Assembly: GCA_905178155.1 (NCBI GenBank)
Contig: CAJINV010000001.1
Coordinates: forward strand, 62,001-126,000
Source: Amoebophrya sp. A120
Taxonomy: Eukaryota; Protista; Dinoflagellata
Reading direction: 5' to 3'
Length of the DNA: 64,000 nucleotides
Positions 1-12,475 of this stretch are shown here, one piece after another. The translations under genes and the position numbers were made by a program. The notes beneath the pieces were generated by a model. That model searched no databases and was not told the DNA's origin. It worked only from the letters and a program-made list of their open reading frames with translations. Position 1 is the first letter of the stretch; every line of letters begins with the position of its first letter.

Positions 1-610
1 GTGGTGGCCAAACGTGATCGCTGCGCTTTTGCTCGGTCGGCCGGAAAATGATGGCCGGGGAGCTCTTGTCCGTCACTTTTTCCCGGGCGAAAAGCGATGG
101 CCAAAAGTGATGGCCAAGGAGCTCTCGGCCACCACTTTTGCCCGATCGGAAAATGATGGCCGAGGAGCTTTCGTCCCTCACTTTTGCCCGACCGGAAGCA
201 AAGCGATGGCCGCCAAAAGTAGTGGCCGAGGAGCTGCTTTTGGGTGGCCATCACCTTGCCTGCCCGAGCGGAAGGTCATTGACGGCCAAGGAGCTCCTGG
301 CCGCCATTTTTGCCCGGGGAGACAGGAAGCAACGTTTGCTCGACCGGAAAGCGATGGCCCAACTCTTGCCCGGCCGGAAAGTGATGGCCAAGGAGCTCGC
401 CGCCCTCACTTTTGCCCGAGTAAAAAGTGATGGCCGAGGAGCTTCTGGCCACCACTTTTGCCCGAGCGAAAAGCAAGGTCAAAAAGTGATGGCCAAGGAG
501 CTCCTCCCGGCCACCCATCACTTTTGCCCGAGCGAAGGCGAAGAGATCGCCGGGGAGCTCTTGGCCATCACCTTTGCCGTGCCGGAAAGTGATGGCCGAG
601 GAGTTGATCC
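1..610. repeat. Degenerate tandem repeat array (~40-45 bp unit with internal dyad AAAGTGATGGCC...GGCCAYCACTTT)
   Basis: Recurring 'aaagtgatggccaaggagctc...ccaccacttttgcccgagcg' units; the ORFs here are repeat translations. Confidence 0.8.
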
Positions 611-899
611 CTGTTTTCGGGCGGGAAAACAGGGGCAGTCGGGCTTGTCGACGCTTTCTGTATCAAAATCACACTGAAGTTGATGCGCGGCTTTGTTCTG
701 CGGCTCGCCAGGGCGTGCAGCATAACACTCTGCGCGACGGTATGGCGTACAGATACAGGGGAGGCGTTGAATCTGTTACACGAAGCTTCTAGACGAGACC
801 TTCTAAGCACATTCGTTTAGAATTATTTTTCTAAGTGCCTCCTATAGATTATAGCAAAGGGGGAGGGCAAAGTCGTTTCACTATTATTATAATTATCAG

Positions 900-2951
900 G
901 CTAAAGACCTACATTCTGATCACGTTCATCAACGGCACCGTCGGGACCGTGGATTTCATTCAGAATCTTCTCCTCGGCAACTTTCCCGTGATCTCCAAGG
1001 CCTTGCCCCTCGCCGTCAACGTCGCGCACTTGGTCCAGATTTCCGTGCCGATTATCAGCTTCGCGGGGGCGTACATTGGGTGGCAGTACATTCGGGCGCA
1101 GCGCAGCTACATATCAAATGCAAATCTGTCTGGGTCTGGAAGAGTGGCGGAACTTGTAATGCTGCTCATGCAACACAGGTCCTGTGTTGCATGAGCAGCA
1201 AGAGGAGTCAGTTCTTGGCACGCGGAGAGGGCTTTTGTCATGCGTAACTAGCATCAAGAAGCTCTCAAAAAATCTGTGATGCTAGCACCAGCATCACAGA
1301 CCTGACCGGTCATGCAAAATGTGCTTGATAAGCCCCGACCCTTCCAGACCCAGACATGTTTGCAGTTCATACTACATGGCCAAGTACCACTACGAACAGC
1401 AGAAGCCGCCGCTGCCGCACCCCAGCTTGCCCTGGCCCCCGCCGGCGTTGCCGCCACCCGCGGTGCTGGAGCACATGAGCCGTAAGTAGGGGAAATCATA
1501 TTCATATATCATTCTTTTTTTGTAGTGTGCAGCTTATAATTTGAATTTCTGCTAGTGTCATCTACAACTAGTAGGTCTTGGTTGTGATAAAAAAGAATTG
1601 AATTGAAGTACTTCAACAGCGGAACATATACAGAAATCGGAAAAACATGGCACTACCAATAAAGATAAACTACGCCTCTCCAGGTGAAGTCGAAGCGTTC
1701 CAGAAGAGGTTGCAAGACATGACGGACAAAGACGGCGCTCTGATCATGGAGGTTTCGGTATGGAGTTCTCAAACGTTACATTCTCAACTGTTACATGAAT
1801 TTATGACGCAAGAATGGCAAAAGTGATAGGGCTGATCTTGCGCGTCTTGCATGACAGATTTGGCGCCGATTGTCAGCCTGGTTGGCCCTCTGAGAATTTG
1901 TCACGCGAAGCAGCCTGATGGTGTCGACTCTGAAGGCAATTTTGCATGACAAAAAATCATGCAACAGTTGAGAGCGTAACGCTTGAGAGCGCCACACTCG
2001 GATGACGAGGGATACGAATCCGAATCTTCTTCGGAGGAGGAGAGCGAAGATGATGACGACGAGGATTCTAGGCCGAGCGCCAAGAGGCATCATGGTACGC
2101 ATCAAATGAAGATGAACACGACTGCCAGTGGCGTGGTTGGTAACTCGAGTACTACAAAAACAAATGGCACTACGCGCGGCGTGGTTCCCCCGCAGAAGTC
2201 GCAAAATATTAAGCGGGAGGAGCCCCCACGGGCGATTCTGGAAAAGACCATCATCGATACCAGCGACATCACGATCACGCTGCACAAGATGGACGACCGG
2301 CCGAAAAAAGTGGACCCGTATCCGAACATCGTGACCGCGCCGAATTTGTTTCCCACGTCTAGCACGACGACGAAAAGTACCACTGCGTCGAGCAGCTCTT
2401 CGAAGGACGAAATCGACGCGAAGTTGCGCGCGGCTGGTTCATATCAACTGCAAATATGTGTGGGTCTGGAAACTTGTAATGCTGCGTTGGGAGTAGTGAT
2501 AGTGAATGCTCCTCTGTAAGTAATGCATGGCCAAGCATGAGAAATATGATCTGCCCTTCTTTGTATATGCGTTTTTCGCGGCATGACAAACTGCGTTTTT
2601 GCATGACAGGAAATCGCTTGCTGGTTAGTATGTATGCGTGACAAGCTGGCTGTGTTTTGCATTCGTGGCAGTCCAGGAAAAAAAGAACTGGTGAAGCGAT
2701 CGGATCGGCGAGGTGCGTCAGGGGGCGTCACTCATTCATTCATTCATTCTTGGACACGCATCAGAAACTTTTTGGTTATGCCAGACAAGCATGACAAATC
2801 TCGCAATCTTCCAGACCCAGACGTTTTTGCATTTGATAGCTCATCCAGCACGTCTGCAGTCCACCAGGGTATCGAGCGGAAAAGACCGCGGCAGCCGACG
2901 CAGGCACAACGGTCAGGAGAGCACGGCCATGGTGCTGTCGTGGGGAAGTAG
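900..2951 (+). CDS. Uncharacterised membrane protein, 5'-partial (hydrophobic helices, then Pro-rich and acidic low-complexity tail); exons ~900-1111, 1377-1481, 1684-1758, 2002-2441, 2844-2951
   Basis: Frame stays continuous (...RAQRSY|MAKYHYEQQ...HMS|REVEAFQKRL...MEVS|DDEGYES...AAGS|SSTSAV...GK*) after removing three TIR elements plus one GT-AG intron (1482-1683). Confidence 0.7.
1112..1371. mobile_element. Introner, family A (TIR TATCAAATGCAAA..TGTCTGGGTCTGGAA), TSD CTACA/CTACA
   Basis: TIRs and an exact 5-bp direct repeat are visible; excision restores the frame. Confidence 0.9.
1759..1996. mobile_element. Introner, family B (TIR TATGG..TTCTCAA..TTCTCAACTGTTACATG), TSD TTCGG/CTCGG
   Basis: About 40-bp imperfect TIRs; same family as 31422-31673; excision restores the frame. 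Confidence 0.85.
2442..2838. mobile_element. Introner, family A, TSD GTTCA/GCTCA
   Basis: TATCAACTGCAAATATGTGTGGGTCTGGAA ... TTCCAGACCCAGACGTTTTTGCATTTGATA. Confidence 0.88.
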
Positions 2952-5900
2952 CATGGTATACTTACAAATAGTACAACGCGTGATGAATTCACGACAACGC
3001 GAACTTTTCTTCACACTTCGTCTCTGCAACTCATGTCGTCTGCGGTGCAGTACTAAAAACCGCATTCTGATGAGGTAAAGAGAAAGACGCGATTAAATTC
3101 TAAAATACCTGATGCTGATGTTGAATAATTATTCGGCCTCTCGAGTAGTAGTTCTTGCCATTTTGAATTACTTTGCCGTGTCCGTTTTTGTTGCGAGTTC
3201 TATATTCTTATTGATATATAGATATATAAAGTGCTGCGGTGCCTCGTGGATCGTTCTAGGGATACTTTGTCTTTGCGACTCATGCAGCTACTCCCGATGC
3301 AAATCGATCCGCAAAATGAGCCGGTAACTTCCTGTCCGGCATGATATTTATCATAGTTAATCGCAACGGCCAGCAGAGTCATCAGATGACTCTACATCTG
3401 TTATAGCAGAAGACATCTGTCTCTGGCGGTGGCATGTCTATCTGTCGAGGATGTCCACCAATTAGATATCAAGACTTTTCTGCCCGTTCCGTTTTCATTT
3501 CTTGTCTATAGCGGTCGGGCGGAAAATTTTTGCTGAACTTCACAGCTCTACTGAAAAGATCAACAACAAGAACCTCAATTCTAATTCTTTTCTTTCCTAG
3601 AAAAAAATATATAGTCCTCGTCAGCGAAGTTAGAAATACGCTTCCCCTCCTGCTGGTGCTCTGTAACAGGAATAATCAGTAAGTACCAGTTGTATGCGCA
3701 AGTATCTTTCTTAGCTAATGTTGTTTACAGACTTTCCCGCCCATACATGATAGGTCTGTAAGCAGCGGAAGTTCTGATTGAACTTGTATTCAAGAGCTTT
3801 TTTTTTCGTGCGCAGACCTTCATTCTCCTTCGCCTTTACTTTTGAGCTTCTCTTTTTTCACCCGCACCATGCGTGCGAGATGTGTATCAATTTGGTGTCT
3901 TTGATGCTGGCGAACTACAAGAACTACTTCTTCTGCCTTAATAAAAATTAGAGTACTACAGAAGTGTGCATAGCAAAGTCGAGCAATTGCAAGAGCGAAC
4001 TGTTACTTTGTTGAATTGCAATTAGGTGCTTTTACTTATTATTTGTTGGTATGACGCAATTTATTTAATTTCAATGACCAACGCAACGCAATTTTGTGCT
4101 CATTGCCTTATTTCTTCGCGAAAGGATGGATACGGAAGAGAGAGACGACAGCCAGTTCGTTTTTTGAGGCGCGGCGGCTGTGGAGAAGTGCAAGTAGTCA
4201 ACTGGCGGGGTATGCTGGCCTGTGTAACAAGGCATGATGTCTCTGCTGGGTGTTTTCCGAGTGAAAATGGCGCTACAACAATCGTGGTCACGCCCGAACT
4301 GTAATTCTAATTCTGATACGACTTGCGTCTCAGTCTCGTTCAAGAAAGAAATCGTTGTCGTTGAAATTGAGGTTCCAATTCGATCACTCTGGATCGGCAG
4401 AACAGAGATTTTGTTTATGTATCTTATTTATATGCATGTACTTCTCGACGACACCAGCTCCAGCACGAGGCAGGACTCCTTCTCCTGCATCCGTACAACT
4501 TCAGGAAGGCCAGCCGCACCATCGGCGCGCTGCGTTAGTATAAACACATGTCGGTACCTACTACGTGTCAGTCTACTGTCGGTTTCGTACATTGGTCCTC
4601 TCGAGAAGACAGCTTGATGGATTACGTCCTCGCAATATTCGTTTTCGTCCACTTGAAACATCGTTTCTTTTCGGTGATTTACAACTTCGTCTCGTTCGTC
4701 AAGAAACAGCAGCAGCCATGTCCACAGCTCAAGAAACGGTTTGGTGTGGCAAAATAAATCTACATCTGTTGCAGTTGCAATCCACATTGCAAAAACCGAC
4801 GGCGGCGGAACAAGCTCAGGCGTAGCATTGAACAGCATCTGGTTCATCTTTGTATTTGTTCGTCTTGTAGAAATGTTTATGATTTTTGATGTAGCGAGCG
4901 CCCCCCGAAGGTTTGCTTTCGTTGTGGAAAATGTCGCGAATGATGAAGAAGTTGAAGTTGTGATGTCGTCCTCGGTTTCGTTCATCTGCGACTCGTGATC
5001 GTTTGATGAGATATACTGCAAGAGCCCTTGAGTTAGAATTTTGATTTTCATTTAGGTCTTTGACAATTTCAATCTTTACCTTACCCAGTACCCTGTCCCC
5101 ATTCTCAAGAAGTAATCTCAATCTGTGGTCCTTCCCAAGGATTCACTTCGCTTTGTCTTTTTTTTTGTTATGTATTTTCCAAGTTTGTACCGTTTTTTTA
5201 GAAAAAGCCCATTTTTAAGAAGCTTTACATTTACTAGCAAGATTTTTACCTTGACTGATAGATAGCAGGGTAGACGGCGTATACGTAGGAATAGTGCCAA
5301 TACTCTTCCACGACCACGTTCAATAACATCTCACTCAAGACCTACAACTAGGTTTCCGCAGATACAGCTGCACAAAAACTACACGAAAAGGAGGAGTTCA
5401 TCTGCACTGCAACGACCACGACCACGCACGTCAGCTTCAACATCTCTTCGACTACATCGGGTCGCTCCTCCTGTCACGCCAGTTGGAAGAACATCGACAA
5501 CGAGGACAATGTCAATGGCGCAACCGACCAGGCCGGCGGGGGGCCGACGAGGTGCAGCCGACCGCTCGGCAAGTTCGGCGAGGAATCGTGCGCCGTGCGC
5601 TCCTGCCGCCCACAAGGTACCTAACTCATTCTCAATCTAAGCAACGCACTCGCCACATCACATTCTAGGCGTCACAAATAGGACTAGGTCGCGCAGCACC
5701 AGCGCGAACCTCGTGAGGGCCGGAATGGGCTAGCCACCTCTGTGGTGCCATTTTTGTTCTCCCGTGGCCAGCCCTTGCCTACAAAAATGGATGACACCGC
5801 AGGAGCGCAGCAGACACGCAGCCAATGCCCACGCCGATATCCATGTACGACCTGGAGAGGGAGGCGAAGATGACGCGCGCATGCTAGAGAAGCACGCGCG

Positions 5901-6429
5901 GCTTGTTGCTCACCCTTTTTTATGTTCCCACACTAGCAAGGCACATCGACATCCTGACGTCTATGACGCTAATATGTAGAATCTAGCAGGCTCGCAGCCC
6001 CTCTCTCCGGCGACGTGGTGGCCCGCCACTGCCCGCTAGCGACCTCTGTTGGGGAGGGTCCGGGACTTGTTGCAGCCTCTGTTGCGCCCGGCTCTGCGAC
6101 CTCTCGTCGCAGTGCTGGAGCACGGTTCGACCCACGTCTGTGGGCGGACAAGTGCGACGCCCGCAGCCACCTGTGTGGCGCGGACGTCGCGGCGCGGTCC
6201 CTGCTGCACGCCTCGCTGCTGTATCTAGTAGTAGTACACAAGACGCTGCGAAGCAGCGCAGATACGCCTTTACTTATACAGAGCCGGAGTTCCACCACTG
6301 TGAAGGGTGTGACCTTTTGAGAGCATACAGAGTAAAGCTGGCAGCCGTCGAGGGGCGCCAGCGCTCTGGGGATTTGGGAAGAAGTTTGCGTTCGCGCCAC
6401 GATATAGCAAATTCTACCCAAATTACATC

Positions 6430-9400
6430 ATGGATCAGGTACCAACAGGGCGGAAGGACCAGGATCCTTGCAAGAACGGGCCGTGTGGTCGTTGTACTGG
6501 CTGCTCCTCCTGTAATTCCTGGTGTTGCTCGGTGACCACAGCCATGTCGTCCTTTACGCTGGTGCAGACACCCAGCGTGGCGATCCACGTGCAAGAATCG
6601 GAGAAAAAGTATGAGAGCGCAGCACAACTCTTCGTCTTTCTCCTCCTCGAGCCCACATACTGTATATTATACAGTATGTGGCTATAATTTGTACTTGCGT
6701 GAAAATGTGATATCTTTACCTCCTAGCGCTAGCACTGTTTGCGCAACACCAGGTCGTTCTGGCATCCAAAGAAACAGTACTATGTGTAATCCTATGCGAA
6801 TTTGTCATGCGAAACCAGCAGCCGAGCCCGAGCCAGCCCGACGCAAGCATGATTTGTATTTTTGTTTATGCCCTTGCTTGCCCTACAAATGACAATGAGG
6901 CGGGGGATAGTCGGATGGACAGTTGTGCACTCTCATAGAAAGCACGATGGGTTTCCGACCTCTGCTCCAGCTCCTCCGTTCTCCGACAAGTCCGAATTTT
7001 TGCCGGACCATTCTGACTATCAACTGCAAATATGTCGGTCTCTGGAATAAACCTGTGATGCTGAATTGCGGATACTGAGTTGTTCAATTGCGCTTGCAAT
7101 GGCAGCCAAGCATGACAAATTTTGATTTTCTTCTCATCCCCCTAGCACGCATTTATTTTTACAAATTGAAATTCCGTTCTTGCACGACAAATAAAGTTCA
7201 GCCTCTCATGCAAAACAAATTTCTCAGCAATCGCAATGCGAATGCGAATGCAAGACACGCATTCCAGACCCAGACACATAATTTGCAATGCATACTCACC
7301 GGGTCCTCGAGGACACCTACGAGTTTATCGACGAGTCGAAAACTAAGAGCTTCCCGCCGAAGATGTCGACGACCCGTGTTGACGAGACACGAAAGAGAAA
7401 GACGCGGGACCCTGACCACGCGGAAGATGTTTCCAGCAAAACTACTGCAGCTACGCCACAATCCTACATGGAACATCAAGGACGGGGGAGGCAGAAGGCA
7501 ACCCGCGAAACAGGGAAGTACGGGGATGAAGCCGATGATCCCGCACTCGTTCGTAGGAGGAAAAAGCAAGCCGCAAGTAGTCCAGATCATGAACTTGACC
7601 AACCGGAACCGCGAGATGATGGAAGTGCAGGCAATGGCCGCGCGCGTGGTGGTTCCAAGCCGCGCAGAGCTTCCAAGGGCAGCGAGGGTGCTTCACCGTC
7701 TCCTGCTTCACCACGCGGACCGCCCGAGTCGATGATTCAACGCCAGTTCTGGGAAGGGTTGCAGAAGAAAAAGCGACAGCGACAGGAAGTACAGCAGGTT
7801 GAGGAAGTTCAAGGTGATAATACAAAGAAAAAACCCACTGCAGGTGAGCAACCTCCAAACGCCGGGGCGGCCGATCCTGATGACCTCGAAGCGGCTCAAA
7901 ACGCTATTCTCGCGCTCGAGAGGGCTCTCAGCTCCGACTCGCTGGACGAGGGGGCGCAGGATTTTCTCGAGCGAACAGATGACGGAAATGAAGATGAAGC
8001 ATCTAACAAGTTCCCCTCTTACCTTCAGTGGATGAGGAAGAGGATGTTGGAGGGTATTACGCCTAGCAGTAACGGTAGCCCTACTACCAATCATGCCACA
8101 CCCGAGAATACTGCGCCGAATTGGTGGCAGCTTCAGGAGCAAGGTTTTAAAAGGAACCTGTACCTGAACTTGCGTTTTTGGCAAATGGTGACAAACGCTT
8201 CTCGTCCCTCCAGTTTTCCTGCCAAGGCCGACAACCTTTACGACGTGTGGCGAAAAGATGAAGGCTTTTCGGCGTGGTTGAAGAAGCAGCAGACGGCTGC
8301 ATGGGCCGACAGTCCAGAGTGGCAGAAAGCGGAAGCTACTTTATGGGGATCCACGACGACGAGCAGTGCTGAAGGACAAGCGGGGCAAAAGCCACTGACC
8401 GAAACTCCTCTCTTTCTGATGGGTTTGGGAGAACAGTTTATGCAGGCGCTCGGTGTCACATTGCAAGACACCCTGATCCTGCACGATTGGGCGTACATAC
8501 TTTCCAAGCATGCCGCCGCCATGGGTTTTTTTTCCCAAGACGAAACCCGAACCAACAAGAACCAACTTCGTCACATTTTTGACGCGGCGGCTGATTTGAT
8601 GTCCGATCCATCTTTGATACAAAAACAGAATGCTGATAGCACCCAGCAGCAGGACGAGTTGGCGAAACCCAAGGAGGTACAAGCAATGGAGACGCTGCTA
8701 CAGCAGCTGGTGAAAGAATTAGGAAAAAGAAAATCAAAAGTTGAAAATGAAAAACAAACCGAGCAAGAAGCAGAAGCTACCCATGTCAACCAGGGCCAAG
8801 GCGAGCACGGGATTAAACAGGAGGAACAGGGACAGCAGATGGACAATATGAATTCGATGAAAAAGAAAATCAAAAAATTAGTGGAAGCACTGGCTCCGAA
8901 GGCGGATACAGATGCGGGCACGCAGCATGAATTTCCTGAGGAAATCTTGCAGGCCGTGAAGGGATTGCGCGACGCCGCCACGAGTTTCACGTCCACGACC
9001 AATGTCAATGACAATGCCGAGGATGGCAAGGCGAATGTCGGGCCACTTGAGAAATTGATTACGGACCTGTCTGTCCCGATTAAAAGCGAGAAGTTGAATG
9101 CGGGCACTTGGATCACCCTGCTGCAGGAAGTCGAGGTGCTTGCTGGTAAGGATCCACCGCCGTGTGAACTAGGCGTCCTGTACAAGGTCACAAATGTCGT
9201 TGATCATGTCGCCAGTGTCGACGGTTTCGGTGATAATAGCGCACAAAAGAACTACGGAGGAGCCGGTGTCGGAACACAAGGGCAGCAGACGGAGATACCG
9301 CCGCTGAACAAGAAGCTCGTGACTCTGGAGCAGGTCCGGCTTCCTGATCATTCTGAGGGCGGGGTGGAGAGCGGCGGGACCAAGAGTTTCACCGTGCTTC

Positions 9401-10911
9401 TCCACGAAAGCGAAACGTCAACCCAATACATGACGTTTGATGAGCGCGCCCCTGTTTGGGTGGAACGAGGCGGAGCAGGAAATGGGGTCGAGCAAATAAA
9501 GAAAATAAAAATCTCTTCAGCGTCCAGCCCCCGCACCCAGGCGGACGCTGTGAAGATCGGGGCTGAAGTTGTCAAGGACGCGTCGAGTACCTCGCTTCAG
9601 CTGTCAGGCCTGAGCGATCTACTTCTTGACGAGTTTGCTGATGTGTTCACCCGTGCGTCCTACGACATCGAACTTGAAAAAAGTGTCCCTGGTGAAAAAA
9701 CGGCGCCACCACCATCACCAAAGACGGCCGGCGCAAAAGTCACTCATGAGGATAGCGAGAGCGGAGGGCCTGGAGGCACTCCCGCTTTGTACGAGGAACG
9801 AAAGCAGAAGACTGCGTCCCATTTGAAGTTTTTCGTTGGCATGCTGCAACAGTTCGCTACAAAGGGCTTGAGCAGCTACACCGGGGACGGGACGAGCCAG
9901 CGTGGTACGACAGGAAGCGGGCCACTTCGTGTCTATCCGATCCAGAAAAATTACATTATCCATCCTGACTTGGCGGAAAACCAGCTCCACAGCGGCATCT
10001 CGTCGCAAGAAGAACGGAGTCCGAGCGAGCCTGTGCTCCGCCACCAGGCGGGGAAAGGTCTCCAGGCCCGACGGGTGGATGCTGAAGTCTTCTTCTCGAC
10101 TATCACCGGACACGGGCAACCTGAACTACAGCGACCTGCCCCCCTCCGCGTGTTTGTGTGGCATTTTCTTCGCCTCCTTGATGCCGTATTGCACGTGCAT
10201 CACCCAGTAAAAATACAGATCAAGGACGACTCAGCGGCAGGCGAGGAAGGAGGTACCAGCAGGGGGATTGGGCTGGCGGAGATCAGTAACTCTCTTCCTA
10301 GCACGGATCCTGGCCAACAAAGAGTTCCTGACCTGTCTCCCGTTATTGCGCCATTGAGGCACAGCGGGACTTTAAAGGCTGTGCTTGCGGTAAAAAATGC
10401 AGTGATTAACCAGTTTCGCAGCGTGGCGCAAGCTCTCCCGAAAGATGGCGAGCCGCAAGATGAAGACGTGGAGCCGCTCGAGAAGGGGTTGGAAGAGGTA
10501 GCACGTGTGCAGGATATCTTCCAAAAGCAACTACAGGAACAAATTTCCCAGCGTGGAACATGCAGCGCACATCAAAGCCGCACGGTTGCACTTTCGACAG
10601 CGTCCTCTTGGCTGCAGCGCGCGTCGTCACCACAAAATGGGACGAGCCTGTATTTTTCGAAAGAGGAACAACGAGGCCGAGGACCCCAGTCTTTGGCAGA
10701 TTACGTTACTAACAATGCCACCTCCGACGTCCTCGCGCTGCCGCCCCAGCAGAGGACACAAGAAATGTCCATGTCCTTCACCCAGATACAAGAAAAAAGA
10801 AGTTTTTCATATTCATCATCACCTCAGGAGTATCGGGCTCACGCTAGTCTATTGCCTCCGGGACCATATGAGCCGCAAAAAATGCCTCACAATCTGCCAC
10901 ATAATTTTTGA
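6430..10911 (+). CDS. Large uncharacterised protein (~1290 aa; start uncertain, 6430 or 6545); exons ~6430-6609, 6943-7017, 7300-10911
   Basis: The 1207-aa ORF joins in frame to two upstream segments (…ESEKK|HDGFPT…PDHSD|RVLEDTYEF…) after removing two introners; no domain recognised. Confidence 0.7.
6610..6937. mobile_element. Introner, family D (TIR TATGAGAG..GCACAACT), TSD AAAAG/GAAAG
   Basis: TATGAGAGCGCAGCACAACT ... AGTTGTGCACTCTCATA; the frame is restored on excision. Confidence 0.75.
7018..7294. mobile_element. Introner, family A, TSD CTGAC/CTCAC
   Basis: TATCAACTGCAAATATGTCGGTCTCTGGAAT ... ATTCCAGACCCAGACACATAATTTGCAATGCATA. Confidence 0.85.
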
Positions 10912-11469
10912 CTGCCATTGTTCGAAAGATAAGAATGCGCCATGTTGTCTTTGCGTAGTGCACGACGCGCGCCGCGCAGTGCGCGCAACAGCCGGCATTT
11001 GCGCCCGGGAGGACTGCGTAGCAGACCCTCGCGCCGTCCCCTCCTCCCGACTTTGTTGCCGCTGCCTCTCTGCAACAGGAGAACGCGACCAGACCCAGCG
11101 CCCGAGGCTCGGCAGCACTTCCCTCCATTGCCAGCCTTCCGTCGGCTGCCCAGAAGATAGGCCTTACGGCCTTTCCAATTTTGCAGGCCGCGCCAAGAAC
11201 GAGGCGCGCTCCCCTTCGCGAATGCCGTCTCTTGGATCAGGGTACGCTCGGACTCACGCACGCTTCGTGCGGAGGTGCGACGACCGTGCCAAGGTTCTGC
11301 CGCGTCGCCCGCGGGAAATCTGTCGCGGCGCCCAGGCTCACAGGGAGGCTTCGCGAAATCCGCCAAAAAGATTTTTTTTTTTTTAAATCTCGCGGAGAAC
11401 CCGACCTCCGATTCCGGAAAATGCGCGACAAAGCCCCCGCAAGGTTCTGCCCAAACAGAAAATCCAGGT

Positions 11470-11790
11470 CACGAAAACGGCCGCAAAATCCGCTGCAAAA
11501 ACGCCCGCAAAAAAAATTTTGGCGCTGCAAAAATCGCCCGCAAAATCACCCGCAAAAACTGCCTTAAAATCCGAAAACGCAAAAACAATCCCAAATCCAC
11601 TGTAAAAATTTTGCGGCAGTTTTTCGCAGCAGTTTTTCGGCTCGCCAAAAATTTTTTGCGGCAGTTTTGGCGGTCGATTTTTTGGCAGGCTTTCGGAGAA
11701 GGAGAAATTTTTGGCGGGCGATTTTGCGGCAGTTTTCGAGCCACCAAAAATTTTTTGCGGCCGGCAGTGTTTTGCGGCCGATTCTGCATT
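11470..11790. repeat. Foldback array of CCGCAAAA / TTTTGCGG units
   Basis: The left half has repeated ccgcaaaa and the right half repeated ttttgcgg, with the orientation switching near 11605. Confidence 0.7.
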
Positions 11791-12475
11791 ACCTGCAGAG
11801 AGGGCAGATGGCGTGGCCGGCTACGCGTTCGCCTTACCTTCGGCCACGCCGAGCGAATTTTGTACCGCCCCGGCAAAAGTTACAAGCTGCTTTGCCTTTG
11901 CCTCAAGAATGGCTGGGCGCGGGCGCGTGGCCCGCGCCCGCGCCGGTCAAATCAGGCGCCCGGCCCTGTAGCTGCGCGCAGCCTTACCGCCGGCGCGGCA
12001 ATTGATTCACACATGGCAAGGGTATTTCGGTAGCCCGCTCACACCCGAAGCGTCACGCAGAGGGACCGCGGCGCCCCCCCGGCCCCGGAATATGGCAGGT
12101 TGGGGCACCGTTATCGTGTGTCGGCGCTTTCGTGGGGCGGCAGCAACCAATGCCCCTGTTGCGTTTTGGGATCCCCCAGCCTTCGGCTGGTAGCACAAAG
12201 GGGCGGCGTGTTTCGGTGTGCATTCGCGCCCCGACCCTTTTAGAACGAAGGGCCGCGCTGGGGCTCTTGCAGAGACTAAAGAGAAGCCCCCGCAGCAGCG
12301 CTCTTTCGCTTAATTTGGCCCTGGCATTGGTTTCGCAGTTGAAAATTTTGAGGCAGATTTTGAGGCAGATTCTGGGCATGATACGACGCGACCAAGGAGC
12401 AACTGGGAGCATCTGGAGGATGTTAGGGCCTGGGCCGGAGCGCGTCTAGCCGACGCTAAAGCGGGCATCCAGCCG

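Noticed and set aside
14-677. ORFs of 138 and 179 aa
   Set aside because: Periodic peptide sequence produced by the tandem repeat.
1647-2951. Separate gene starting at ATG 1647
   Set aside because: The GT-AG intron 1482-1683 links this region in phase to the upstream exons, so one gene is more parsimonious, though a separate start is not excluded.
4428-5051. Minus-strand 207-aa ORF, possibly exon(s) of a gene
   Set aside because: No recognisable domain, and I could not build a consistent exon chain.
10505-12033. ORFs of 293 and 252 aa
   Set aside because: One overlaps the real ORF in another frame; the other runs through the CCGCAAAA foldback repeat.
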